A stretch of 63,676 bases of DNA, counting the filler, from Folioceros fuciformis (taxonomy: Eukaryota): assembly GCA_049999805.1 (NCBI GenBank). It is 9 parts of 9 records of this genome, joined end to end, with 100 filler letters (N's around TTAATTAATTAA, not from the genome) between each part and the next. Parts side by side here need not be neighbours in the genome. Positions count along the whole stretch, not along the records: positions 1 to 23,595 come from JBNGIO010003686.1; 8 more parts are not named here. One strand, 5' to 3'. Both the position numbers and the translations under genes were made by a program. The number at the start of each line of letters is the position of its first letter. The stretch's first letter is position 1. Below, one piece after another: positions 1 through 10,902 of this stretch. Under the pieces are notes generated by a model. The model worked only from the letters and a program-made list of their open reading frames with translations, searched no databases and was not told the origin of the DNA.

Positions 1-118
1 ACAATCGGGAGCTCCAGATGTGGTCAGCAATCGGGAGCTCTCGCTAACGCAATTGGGAGCTCCTGCTTTGGTCCGCAATTGGGAGCTCCCGCTTTGGTCC
101 GCAATTGGGAGCTCCCGG
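1..118. repeat. 26-bp minisatellite (GCAATTGGGAGCTCCCGCTTTGGTCC), about 5 degenerate copies
   Basis: Copies start at about 1, 27, 49, 75 and 101; each carries the GGGAGCTC core, a perfect GGGAGCTCCC palindrome in the copies at 75 and 101. Confidence 0.85.
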
Positions 119-154
119 TCCCGATTCTAGAACTCCTGGGTGTTCCAGAGGGTA

Positions 155-798
155 CCTCATCGTGATCTGACGTCGGTTAGGGGTGTGCATGGAGGCGGTG
201 AACATTGAGGTCGGAAGGAAGGCTATGAATCGTGGATGCCTCATTGTGATCTGATGTCAGTTAGAGAGGTCGGAAGGAAGGCTCTGAATCGTGGGTGCCT
301 CATCGTGATCTAATGTCGGTTAGGGGTGTGCATGGAGGCGGGGAACATTGAGGTCGGAAGGAAGGCTATGAATCGTGGATGCCTCATTGTGATCTGATGT
401 CAGTTAGAGAGGTCGGAAGGAAGGCTCTGAATCGTGGGTGCCTCATCGTGATCTAATGTCGGTTAGGGGTGTGCATGGAGGCGGGGAACATTGAGGTCGG
501 AAGGAAGGCTATGAATCGTGGATGCCTCATTGNNNNNNNNNNNNNNNNNNNNNNNNNNNNNNNNNNNNNNNNNNNNNNNNNNNNNNNNNNNNNNNNNNNN
601 NNNNNNNNNNNNNNNNNNNNNNNNNNNNNNNNTCATCGTGATCTAATGTCGGTTAGGGGTGTGCATGGAGGCGGTGAACGTTGAGGTCTGAAGGAAGGCT
701 CTGAATCGTGGGTGCCTCATCGTGATCTGATGTCGGTTAGGGGTGTGCATGGAGGCGGTGAACGTTGAGGTCCGAAGGAAGGCGCTGAATCGTGGATA
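155..798. repeat. Tandem satellite with alternating 84-bp and 59-bp units (143-bp higher-order repeat), spanning an N gap
   Basis: Anchor CCTCAT recurs at 155, 239, 298, 382, 441, 525 and, after the gap, at 715. The 59-bp unit is an internally deleted form of the 84-bp unit. Confidence 0.92.
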
Positions 799-1576
799 TG
801 GCCCTAACCCTAACTTACTAAAAAAAGGAATGAGTGTGAGTAGAGAAGATGCCCTGGATGCGAGGGATAAAACAAAGTAGGTGTCCAGATCCGGATACCT
901 ACTTTGACCGAAGCGAGCACAAAGGTTATGTGAAAGAACCCTTGTCCGTATCGATATTCCATACTCTACAACTAAATAGACCGCTAAAGTTGGGAATCTC
1001 GCACACACCTTTTTGTAAAATACTAGTAGTTGTTATAATTTTATTTTAAGTTATTTTTTAACAAAATATTAATAATTACTACAACTCTATTCCAGCAACC
1101 TTTTTATAAAATGTTAGTGGTTGCTAGAACTACCTTTTGTCGAATATGTAACACAAGCTCCTGCCATAAGTAAGCTCTAGATTAATTTTCATTCCTCCTA
1201 TTTTTAACTTCTTATTTTTATTTTACTTACACATACTATTTTAATATCTAGATTTTAAAATATTATAATAGGTAGAAATTCGGGTGTTTATCCCGAATTT
1301 GTCTCCCAGTCTAACTATACCTACGAGAAAAGAAAGTACTCTGTAATCTCGATCTATCCAGGAGGCCAGCCGAGGCCTGGTCCGGCGCATCGCCTATATA
1401 TATGGTATAGCGGCTATACTTGTAAATCAGTTCATTTCCGGTGGTCTCTCTTCCGCTCTTCTGCTCTTCCGCGTGCCGAGGGTTTGCGGAAACCACTTCC
1501 GGCCTTTGCGTCATTGCCTCCGGCCGTCCACGCCTCTCCCCTTTGCTTCTGCTTATCGCTTGTGGGCGCTTCCCTG

Positions 1577-3793
1577 ATGGCTTTCACGACCTTCACTGCA
1601 CCTGCAAGCATGGATTTCCAGATGGGATCCACAGAGAAGAAGATGGACATGACCCTAGGTGAGTCCCTTACTCTTCCTTGTTTGCGCACTTCTTGGCAAA
1701 CGCGAAGCAGGGAGACTCTGTTGCTGCTTTGTTCCTTTGGTTAGTGATGATGGTGTACGCTTTTGACGGGCTCTCCACCGGCTTGCAGATGATATCATAA
1801 AGCTTACGAAGAAGAACCCGAAGAAACCCCGGGTTCCGGTGAGTCTCTTGTCCAACTCCTTCGGTGCTCGTTCTTCGCTCTTAACAGCGATGTGGTGCGA
1901 TTTCTATCTGCTACACGTTCGCTAATCTGATTCGGTGGCTTGTGATGTGCGAAGATTCGCAATCGGAACAGGAACCCTAACAACGACGTCGCTGCTAAGG
2001 CCGCTTTTCAGAGATCCGTGTCTGCGCGAGCCTCCTCCATGCGACAGGTAAATGTCTTTGGGGTTTGCTGTCTTTGTTGCATGACGTACTGCGGGTTCGT
2101 GTTATGGTGTCCGTTTCTGCCTGTTTGATTCTTATCCGCGGCGTCGTGTGGGTTAGGGCAAGCTTGCCGAGGCGAGAACCGTGAACGGGACTGGATCATT
2201 TCCTGCCACTCAGGCGGCCAGTCGGAGGGCTTATACTGCTCCTGTGGCTAGTAGGACCAAACAGTGGATAAGGAAAAGGTATGAGCTCGGAGTTTCTGCG
2301 CCGCTGTATCAGTGTAACTTGACCGTTCAAGCTGGAGTATCTGTTGCTAGCGTCGGTTGTGTATCTGCGTCTAACTTCGTGAAGAGTTTCTTGTTATAGT
2401 GATGTTCCGAGGAACAGTAATATTGGCATCAGGCGCACCGGACCTGGGTTTAAGAAGGGACCCAACACTTTTGCTGTTGCCCCAGGCAACATGAGGATAT
2501 CTGTCGTCAATGACAGTAGCAAGTGAGTGGCTGGTGCAAACGTGGCTGTGCATATGATACATCTTTCGGCCCTTCCAAGTTTATGACTTATGGCATGTGA
2601 TTGGTTTGGTCTTCATGGAGTTCCCCCCTATGATCGTGGCTGCTCACAAGGGGAGAAATCATACAGGGTTTGAATTCAAAATCTCTTGCAAAGCCAGCCT
2701 AATTTTCTGTTCTATCATCTCACGAGAAAACAAACTAGAACAGAGCTAGATATCTCAATCGCTGTGAAAGGTCTGCTGTCATTGAGGATGTGAAAGCCTT
2801 GGCATTTGATTATCTGGAAGAGTTACAATTCTCTGGTGATTGTTGAAATTGGCTCTTCACGGTGAGCTGCATATGGGGGCGAGAGCGGTTGGTATTGTGC
2901 CTTACCCACGATAGATGGCCACACTGGAGAGTTTCTACGGCCAAGAAGGAGGAAACAGGAAACTTGTGGGAGACAGCTTAGTTGGTGCTGTTACTCCTTC
3001 CAAGCTCTTGGTGCGGCGATCAGTCTTTTATTGAGCATAGTTTGGTCAAGCTCTCATATGTCAACGGCTGCATTCTGGGATGGACATGCTTCAGCTCTCA
3101 CCCTCTACTAGTTGATCTCGAAGTTCCACTCTCTTTTAGTCATCTACTGTATTTAATTTATGTTGGCGTGCCTGCGTATGAGGTAGGGGGCTTCATGCAC
3201 TAGCAGAGGTAGGGATACGCTTTTGCAGGTGTGGCAAAAGTGGTCTCGTCTCTTCCACCCCCGGGGAGCTGATGATTTGAGGAGTAGTCGCCCTGAATGG
3301 GTCATGGATGTGATGCGGTGTAGCTGGAGGGTGGCCCTTTTTTATTCTGTTTCTGTGATGCAGGAATTTGCGTAGGCCAGCTCCGACTTACCGGAGGCGC
3401 AATGGAGCACGTCAAGTTGAGCAGGCTGGATGGGCAGCCAACAACGCTGTAAATACCGCAGCCACCTAGTGACATGAATTTAAATTTCTGGCTTATGCAA
3501 CAAACCAGCTTTCTGACGGAGGAGTCTCTCCTCAGAGCGGAGGACAGAGGCCTCCAGGAGCTGGGCAGCTTTGTCTACAAGCACAGTTCAAATGTTGACT
3601 CCCATGTGTGGGCATGATTTCACAGATGGAAGTAGAATATGTTGAACCTGTTCCTCAGAAGCCAAGGACCATGGACTCATTGTTTTCGAGCCTGAGGCGC
3701 TCCGGTGGATCCCAGGTCACTTTCAATGCTGCTGAGCAAAACCGCAGGAGGAATGTGTCTACCGTTGGAGGTCGTAGGAGGCCGTCGGCGTGA
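1577..3793 (+). CDS. UIEF1: UAP56-interacting mRNA export factor (UIEF1/At4g10970-like), multi-exon
   Basis: GT-AG splicing of 1577-1658, 1789-1838, 1955-2047 and 2157-2278 gives TEKKMDMTLDDIIKLTK (UAP56-binding motif) ... SSMRQGKLAEAR ... FPATQAASRRA. The last exon, 3626-3793, has QKPRTMDSLF, matching the C-terminal PxTLDSxF motif. Middle exons are uncertain. Confidence 0.8.
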
Positions 3794-5875
3794 ATGTACC
3801 TCGACTGTGCCCTGGACGGACCCACAAGTGGCGGTGGCTTGAAGTGTGCACTTCCCAGTCTGGAAAAGCTTTCCACTCACGGAACCGCAGATGGAGGGCT
3901 GGGTGGAGTTGTTTGTCTGACCTGTAACATAATGTTCATGAGCAGCAAGAGATTGGACACTTCGTAGTATCGCTGATAGTTACATTAGGTACTGGAGGAG
4001 AATTATTCCACGGGGGAAGTGGTTTGACGACTGTTATAGTGGGTAGTGCCAACAGATTTCATATGTAGATCGCAGATGATATGGAGCTAAGGGGTGTCTC
4101 TATTCGGAGCTTTCCACAAAGTCTATGTGAAGTCGGTTTCCAGCACCCCTTCCGGGTGACTTTCTGTAAAGAAGCTTTGAAAACTGAGCAGCATACCGCC
4201 ACTTATTACGACAGACGCTCTTACTCAAAACTTCACCAGATGCTGCTTGTGGTCTACCTCATCTGATGAACATCATGCACATTCGAGTGTTGATAGATTG
4301 CAGAGTGAGCACAAGGAATACGCAATGCCTTTGGCAATGATGGGGACGTCGGACGAAGGTGCCTTCTGCATCTCCTAGAGGAGTGCTAGCTGAGATTGCC
4401 CGATAAAGAAATTCTCGTCGTCTAAACAGGACAGAAGGGACTACGGTAGGGGAAATTGCTCAAAAGTCACTTAAACCAAGGGAAGCCTGGAGACGTTCCT
4501 TCATCACAAGCGGTCGATGATGATTTGCAGATTAGTGTGAATGAGGCACTTAAGAGCTAGTAGTGTGTGTACTGGTAAGGTAGAAGACCCACTACCTACA
4601 CATGATGGCGACTCTCCGTGGGTGTTACCGATCGTTAACTCTGGTGCGTTGCCTGTCCATGAAGAGGTTTTTCTGAAGAGGTCTCTCTCTCCACTCTAAC
4701 ATCTTGGACTGCCTGCACAAGTCAAATTGATGGTCCAACAGTAAACTGTACCAGGCTCTTGACCATCCGCCAAGTACTCGAAAACACATTTTGAGGTCTG
4801 AATACCGTGTACAGCAACTCATGCAACTTCAAGCGGAGGCTCTCTTGTGTGTAGAGCGCATCCGTGATTCACTATCACACTAAAATCTCCTTCCCCAGAG
4901 CCAAGTAGGGAGCCTTGGGCAAGGTTTCTTAAGACTCGTTCCCCGTTGCCACAGCGATGTAGGGAGTCTTGAGCAAGGTTTCCAGCACGTCCCAGCAAAG
5001 GTTTCCAGGTGATGAAATAGGTGAGGAATTGTACTTACGTGGTGTGAAATAGGTTTCAGGAAAAGTAAGGTTTCCATTTGTGTTGTATTTCTATGGTGGA
5101 GGAAGTGAGATGTGAGGTTACAATATCTGGTCATGTGTGTTTCCATTGCATGCCCACGGTCCTACAAAGGCCTTTAGTGTTCATCGCTTTGGAACGAGCT
5201 GTATGTGTCCAATTGCCAAGTTGTTCTGCAAAGGGTGTTGTAGAGGGTGAAGGGCAAGCATAGGAGAGGAGAGTGTTTTCCTTTCCAACATGTCTTTTGT
5301 GCCACGTGCAAGAGTCCATCCCTTCAAAGCGAGCTAGCCAATGGTCAGAGGAGGGTGTTTTCAATACTAGCAGCAGGTAGACTCTTTCACATTCCCCACA
5401 ACATTAAGGTGTTTTCAATGCCACTACAGATTAGTTCCACTTGCCACCCCAGAATCAGTTTTAAGGAGCTTAGTCTCCTTTGTCTTGGGATGCATGAATT
5501 GCACTCACAGCAACATCAACACAACTTCTATATAAAATCAGGCTTTTATGACAAGTTGTCCTTCATGGAATTTTAAAGAATTATTTTATTATTTGACATG
5601 TATGTATATAACTATATTAAAAGGAGAAGCAAGATGAATGTATATAAGGATTATAAAATATTACTTATATATATATATGAGTACTCTGGGAAGTCGTGGG
5701 CTATTGACTTTCTATCGTCCTTCGGCCCTTGGCCTGCCTTGTGCCGAACGGCTAACGGGAAATCCGGAGTGTCTTACCCTTTTATCTTGAACACCTTTAA
5801 AAGCAAGGAGCTTATTTAAAGCTAAAGAAAGAGGTAAAGCACGCGGAGAAACGGAACAGCATTGGTCCTTGAGCC

Positions 5876-7402
5876 ATGGTCTCCATGATGGAGAGCAGGG
5901 GTAGCGGTGAGCGTTCCGTCCGGCCTTGTGATCTTGATGTGCGAGAGGAAGCGGAGGTGGCTTCACCGCCGGATCAAAGCACAGTGGAGCATGCTCCACA
6001 CGCGAATGCAAAGGTTACAGATTGCAGGCTTGTGGTCGGCAACGAGGGTGCAGTGCCGTCCATCGGGCAGTGTAGTACATTATGTGAGCATTCCCCACAG
6101 TCGAAGTCACCGGGAGGCGGCTGCAGGAATTCTGATCATGACAAGGGCATCCAGCTCGAAGAAGCTCTGGCTCTCAAGGCCTTGGCATGCATGCGCAAGG
6201 CGCGTGCGGATCCGGAGAACCGTGTCAACGAGAACGTCCTTGCGGAGGATTCCGATTCTTCACAGAACGTTTTGACCGTCGATGATTACCCCCACCGGAA
6301 GGAGTTCGTCTTACATGTCGATGAAGCTAACTCGGAGAAGTTCGTCGTTTATGTCGATGGAATCACTGTTAATCTGGATCCGGATGCTTTGGTGGAGGAG
6401 GATGGGACGGCCCCGGTGGAGGATTCTAGTCTTACGAAGATTGATGGAGGGGGTTTGCACAGCTCAGAGGGAAGGAGCTCGGTATTTGCAGGAGATAGAC
6501 CCCGGCCCGCAATGATTCTCGGAGACAAGGGTTTGCATTCCGCCGAGGATGGAAGAATTGACGAAAATCATGCCGAGCAAAATCCTCATCCGGAGTTACC
6601 ACCGCTGGCTGCAAACACGGAGCGGGAGTTCGAGACACCGATTTATAATGACGAGGTTGTAATGCCACAATTCGGCTTCGATTTCTCAGCACTTTATGGA
6701 GGTGGAAATCAGTTTGAAGATGTAGATCCAGCAGAACTGGACGCCTCAGATCTAATTATGTTTTCGCCTCTGCCAGTCTCTCCAGAACAAAGGGATGTCC
6801 ATGGATTATTAAGCAATTGGGATCCGAATGCCTTGGTGGAGGAGGATCAGAGCACCTCCGTGGAGAATGCCACTCTTTCGGAGTTGAATGGAGAGGTTTG
6901 GCATCACATAGATAAAAAGGATTTGCATGGCGTAGAGGATGCAGGGACGGACGGCGGGTACAGTAGCGATTTGCTGGATGCAAGCACATTAGAACAATAT
7001 ATGATGGAGATGCTGGCCGATGACTCGACTTTCATAGATGATGAGGGTTTGCATTGCCCGAAAGACGTAGGAATTGACGGCAACAGCCGCATGTAATATC
7101 ATCCGGAGCTGCCAGAGCTGGCTGGAAACATAGAGTGTGAGTTCGAGGAACCAAATTCTGGTGATGAGCTTGCCGCGTCGCATTCTACAGCCAGATTTGA
7201 AGAAAATCGATCTTTGAGGAATCTGCAGGGAGATGAGAAGGGTGTGGACCCTTCTCTGCCTCAGGTGACGTCGTCGCAGTCTGCAGCCAACTTGGAAGAA
7301 ATCTTGGCTCCATTTCAGGGAGGAACGAGGAGATGGAAAGAGTGTGGATCCATCTCTGCGTCTGGAGGTGCGGGCCCCTGCAGAAGTGGAGCGGAAACTT
7401 GA
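5876..7402 (+). pseudogene. Acidic, repeat-built orphan ORF A: 406 aa to the TAA at 7094-7096, homologous frame continues to 7402
   Basis: Intronless D/E-rich ORF with an internal duplication (DPDALVEEDGTAPVE / DPNALVEEDQSTSVE). After the stop the frame reads HPELPELAGNIECEFEEP, matching HPELPPLAANTEREFETP upstream, so the stop looks premature. Paralog of 10903-12543. Confidence 0.55.
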
Positions 7403-8639
7403 GGCAATACCTGTTTGGTTCGGCTCCGAATTCTCGGCACTTGAGTAACCCCTGGCCCTGGCCCCTATACAAATAGAGCGGAAACCTGAGGTACTGCAAG
7501 GTCACAATCCGGATACCAATTCACGGCACTCAAGGAGGATCGACATCGACATCGATATCGAAGAGGACTTGAACTCAGTAGTGCAATCCTAGTCTTAGGG
7601 CACGACTAGTCCAAGTAACTCCAAGAACAGGCCGACCAAGGATCCGATTAGCAAATTCCCCGGAAGCGAGAAGACCTGGTGAGGCACGGCCATAGCATTT
7701 ACTATGGAAGCTTTGTCGAGAATTTGACGATCCTCCTCCAGATCGCGGAAGCCCCAGTGGCTTGGAGAGCGAGGCCAGGGCCGAGGGTCAGGCCTGCGTC
7801 ACTACTGCCACAACCAACAGTCACTCCTGCTTCCACAAGCCACAATCCACCACTACCAAATAGGCCCTGTAGATCATCCTGCGGGGATTACACATCCTTC
7901 AATCTTAGAAGGATCCAATTCATTGTGAAACGCAGGGTACGCGTGCACTCCTTGTGTATCCAAGTAGGGGGATCAACCAAGAGGAACGATATCCTAAAGT
8001 TGAGAGCAGTGAAATATATTTCACTGCAGCTTTTAGTGTGTAGTTCATCAACTTTCGGGACCTACTATGCGGTTCTGGTATAATATATTAAAGGAACCTC
8101 ATTGGTTTCCAAAAGCTAGAGGAGAGTAAGTTCATTAAATATAATTGATATTTATTTATTTTAGAAAACTAATATAAAAAATCTATCTACCCTTAACGAG
8201 GACATAAATGATTGATTGACATATTAGGGATTAATCCTTGAAGCCTGATTATCAATATCACCTAAAATATCATTAGGAAAGAAAATGGGTCTACCTACTA
8301 CCACCGAGTTGAGTTGCTAACATCACTCTCCTACCATACTAAGTTCTATAGAAAGAGAGTTCCACCCACTTTGCAACAACTTGCCTTATTAACAAAGAGT
8401 AGGTAGTAGGATAGGAAGGCATTAACCTAGAGTTAGCATTCATGTTGAGGTTTAAAGCAATGTTTTAAAGCAATTTAACTAGAAGACAAATGAAGGTTGT
8501 TGCTGGTGCACTAGGACATTAGTTAATAGAGTTGCATTAATCTTATAAGTCAGAAACCAAGACGTGAAATATGTTGTATGATGCAGAGAACAATAATGAA
8601 GAATGTGATAAGAAGTTGTATATCGAATATAGGGTTTAG

Positions 8640-9420
8640 GTTTTGAAAAAACTCTCTTGAGGCTAAAAGGTACTTATAATTTTTTGGAGGTCCAACAACT
8701 TTTACCACTGCAATGAGATTTCCCTTAGATTTGGTCCTACCCTTTGGCTTTTTCTCTCTCTACATGTAGTTGTGGGGTTGTCATTGTAGATACAAGGTCG
8801 CATCTGGCACGTTGTCCTTTTGGGAAGCATAACATTGTTACCCATGATGCAATTTGAGATGTCATATTCTCAATGGCTAGCGAATGTGGGTTTTTTCCGT
8901 ATAGGAAGTGTCCATGTACTTTGCGCAATAGGGTTTCACTTAGAGCAGATGTTTTTTTCATTAGAGGGGAATAGGTTTGTGTTGTTGATTCATTTGTTAT
9001 GGATCCCTTAAGATTCGATCTCCGAGCACATAATCATCAACCCCCTCAAATGGGCGGCGGAGGGTTGTACGAGCACCAAAGTCTATAAGTATTCTCCACT
9101 ACAAGACAGGCATGCTTTCATCCCCTTTGCTCTTGAGACTCATAGGGTTATGGGCAAGGACTTTTGAAGGTTCATCAAGAAGTGCACCAAGGTTTATGAA
9201 AGTCACATGAATGATATTCTCCCTCTTGAGACTCATAGGGCTATGGGCAAGGACTTTTCAAGGTTCATCAAGAAGTGCACCAAGGTTTATGAAAGTCACA
9301 TGAATGATATTCTCCTTCTTTCGAAACTCTATGGTAGCCTTATTTTGACAATGCGAATCTATTACTTTGCAAAGAGCATTTGCGAGCACAATTTTTAGAA
9401 CAGCAATAAGCGTAGGTCAA
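8640..9420 (+). mobile_element. Degenerate 3' end of a CRE-like (restriction-like endonuclease) non-LTR retrotransposon
   Basis: Across frameshifts and stops: FTTAMRF.L, CSCG..H...C, ITHD-like IVTHDAI, RADV....VVD..V.DP, K..KY......FIPFALETH, and SITLQRA. This is the CCHC plus PD..D-type REL endonuclease C-terminus. Confidence 0.75.
9130..9315. repeat. 93-bp tandem duplication inside the CRE-like element
   Basis: CTCTTGAGACTCATAGGG... starts at 9130 and 9223. Confidence 0.9.
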
Positions 9421-10309
9421 ATGGCTTCTTGGGCATCGGTGGTAGGTAAGCTTTTTGTTATTCCGCGTTATGACATTTTAGGAGTAAAAAGTAGTTTTTG
9501 AGAATGATGTTCTAAAGGACTAATATTTTTTTTGTAGTGATAGCTAGGGGTTTTGTTATTCCGCATCATGGACATTTTAGGAGAAGAAAGTAGTTTTTGA
9601 GAATGATGTTCCGAAGGGCTAATACTTTTTTTGCCGTGCTAGGGTTGGTCCCAATCTTTGGAGTAGATGGGACTTTCCGTATCTTTTTCAATAATAGGAA
9701 ATCCTCGTATAAGGTCAAAATGTATTTCCATCTTTTGAGTATATGGCACCTTCTACACTGTAATTTCAATAAAATACATATCGCCTTCGTATAGAGTTGC
9801 ATAAGATAATGCAATGCATCCTTTAAGGAATCCAATTAAAAATTGTAATAGAGTTAAATATAATATCTAAATATTATTAATATATAATATAAATTATATG
9901 ATGTATTATTATACTAATAAAATTATAGTTTCTATTGTATGTTAATTTATATATGAGATATAAAATCATCTATAATAGTATAACAAGATAGAGTAATAAA
10001 ATCTAGTAGTTGAATTATTGCTATTAAATATTTTATAAATATATATTATTAAATGGTATGTATATATATATATACAATAATGTAAAAAATTGTTTCTTGT
10101 TATGTATATTACAAGGAAAAACTCCTTTCCATACTAACATAAATGCATGTAATTTATTCAGAAAATCGTTTATGGTTCAAGATTGATCCTAGGTTTTGAT
10201 GGGCATAAGGGCACCATGCCCAAGATTGAACGACGGTCAGACCTCGCAGCACTAAGACTACAAGTGAGCGCCTGTTCAACTCTTAGTCTCATATGTTGTT
10301 TAGAACAAA

Positions 10310-10430
10310 CTCTACGCACCATGCTTGGGTCAAATCTGCCAATTGTACACAGAATGCTTGGTTCCAATTTGCCAGCTCTCTACACACCATGCTTGGTTCG
10401 AATCTGCCAGCTCTCTACACACCATGCCGA
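10310..10430. repeat. About 35-bp minisatellite (ACCATGCTTGGTTCxAATCTGCCAGCTCTCTACAC), about 3.5 copies
   Basis: Direct inspection. Confidence 0.75.
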
Positions 10431-10902
10431 AGTAGAATATGTATAGCTGACTAGATTTAAGGTTGAAAGATACAACCCTACTATTGATTTCAGGCATGAT
10501 AACGAGCCGGGACAAAAGTTGATTTCTAAGGAATCGATTCAATGAGGAATTGCAAGGAAGAAGCGATCGCGAGAAGCTAAGCAATAGATAGCATGAGGAT
10601 ATTAGTTCTAATCGTAGGAAGCTAAGCAACAGATAGCATGAGGATATGGGTTTTGATCTAAATTTGGTAAATTGTTGTACAAGATGTACATGAATCTTAC
10701 TTAAGATAGTATGGACTGTCTACAATATCTTCCCTTCATGTTGGTTGTGTGAGTCTTGTCCAGTTGGCAAGAGCATTGGAGTTGTGAAGTTGCTTTGAAT
10801 GCAGTATAGTGAGATATTTTGAACTGACCTTCTGAAGTTGTGTAATGTGCAGTAGAGTGAGATCACTTTTCCTTCCATTGTGAGCTAAGTTATTCGAACG
10901 GT

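Noticed and set aside
1-798. CRISPR-like regular repeats
   Set aside because: No unique spacers and no cas genes; these are eukaryotic tandem repeats.
3950-5100. Possible further decayed serine racemase or acidic ORF copy
   Set aside because: Only 9-10-bp word matches (TGAGCAGCAT, GCACAAGGA); not distinguishable from chance by eye.
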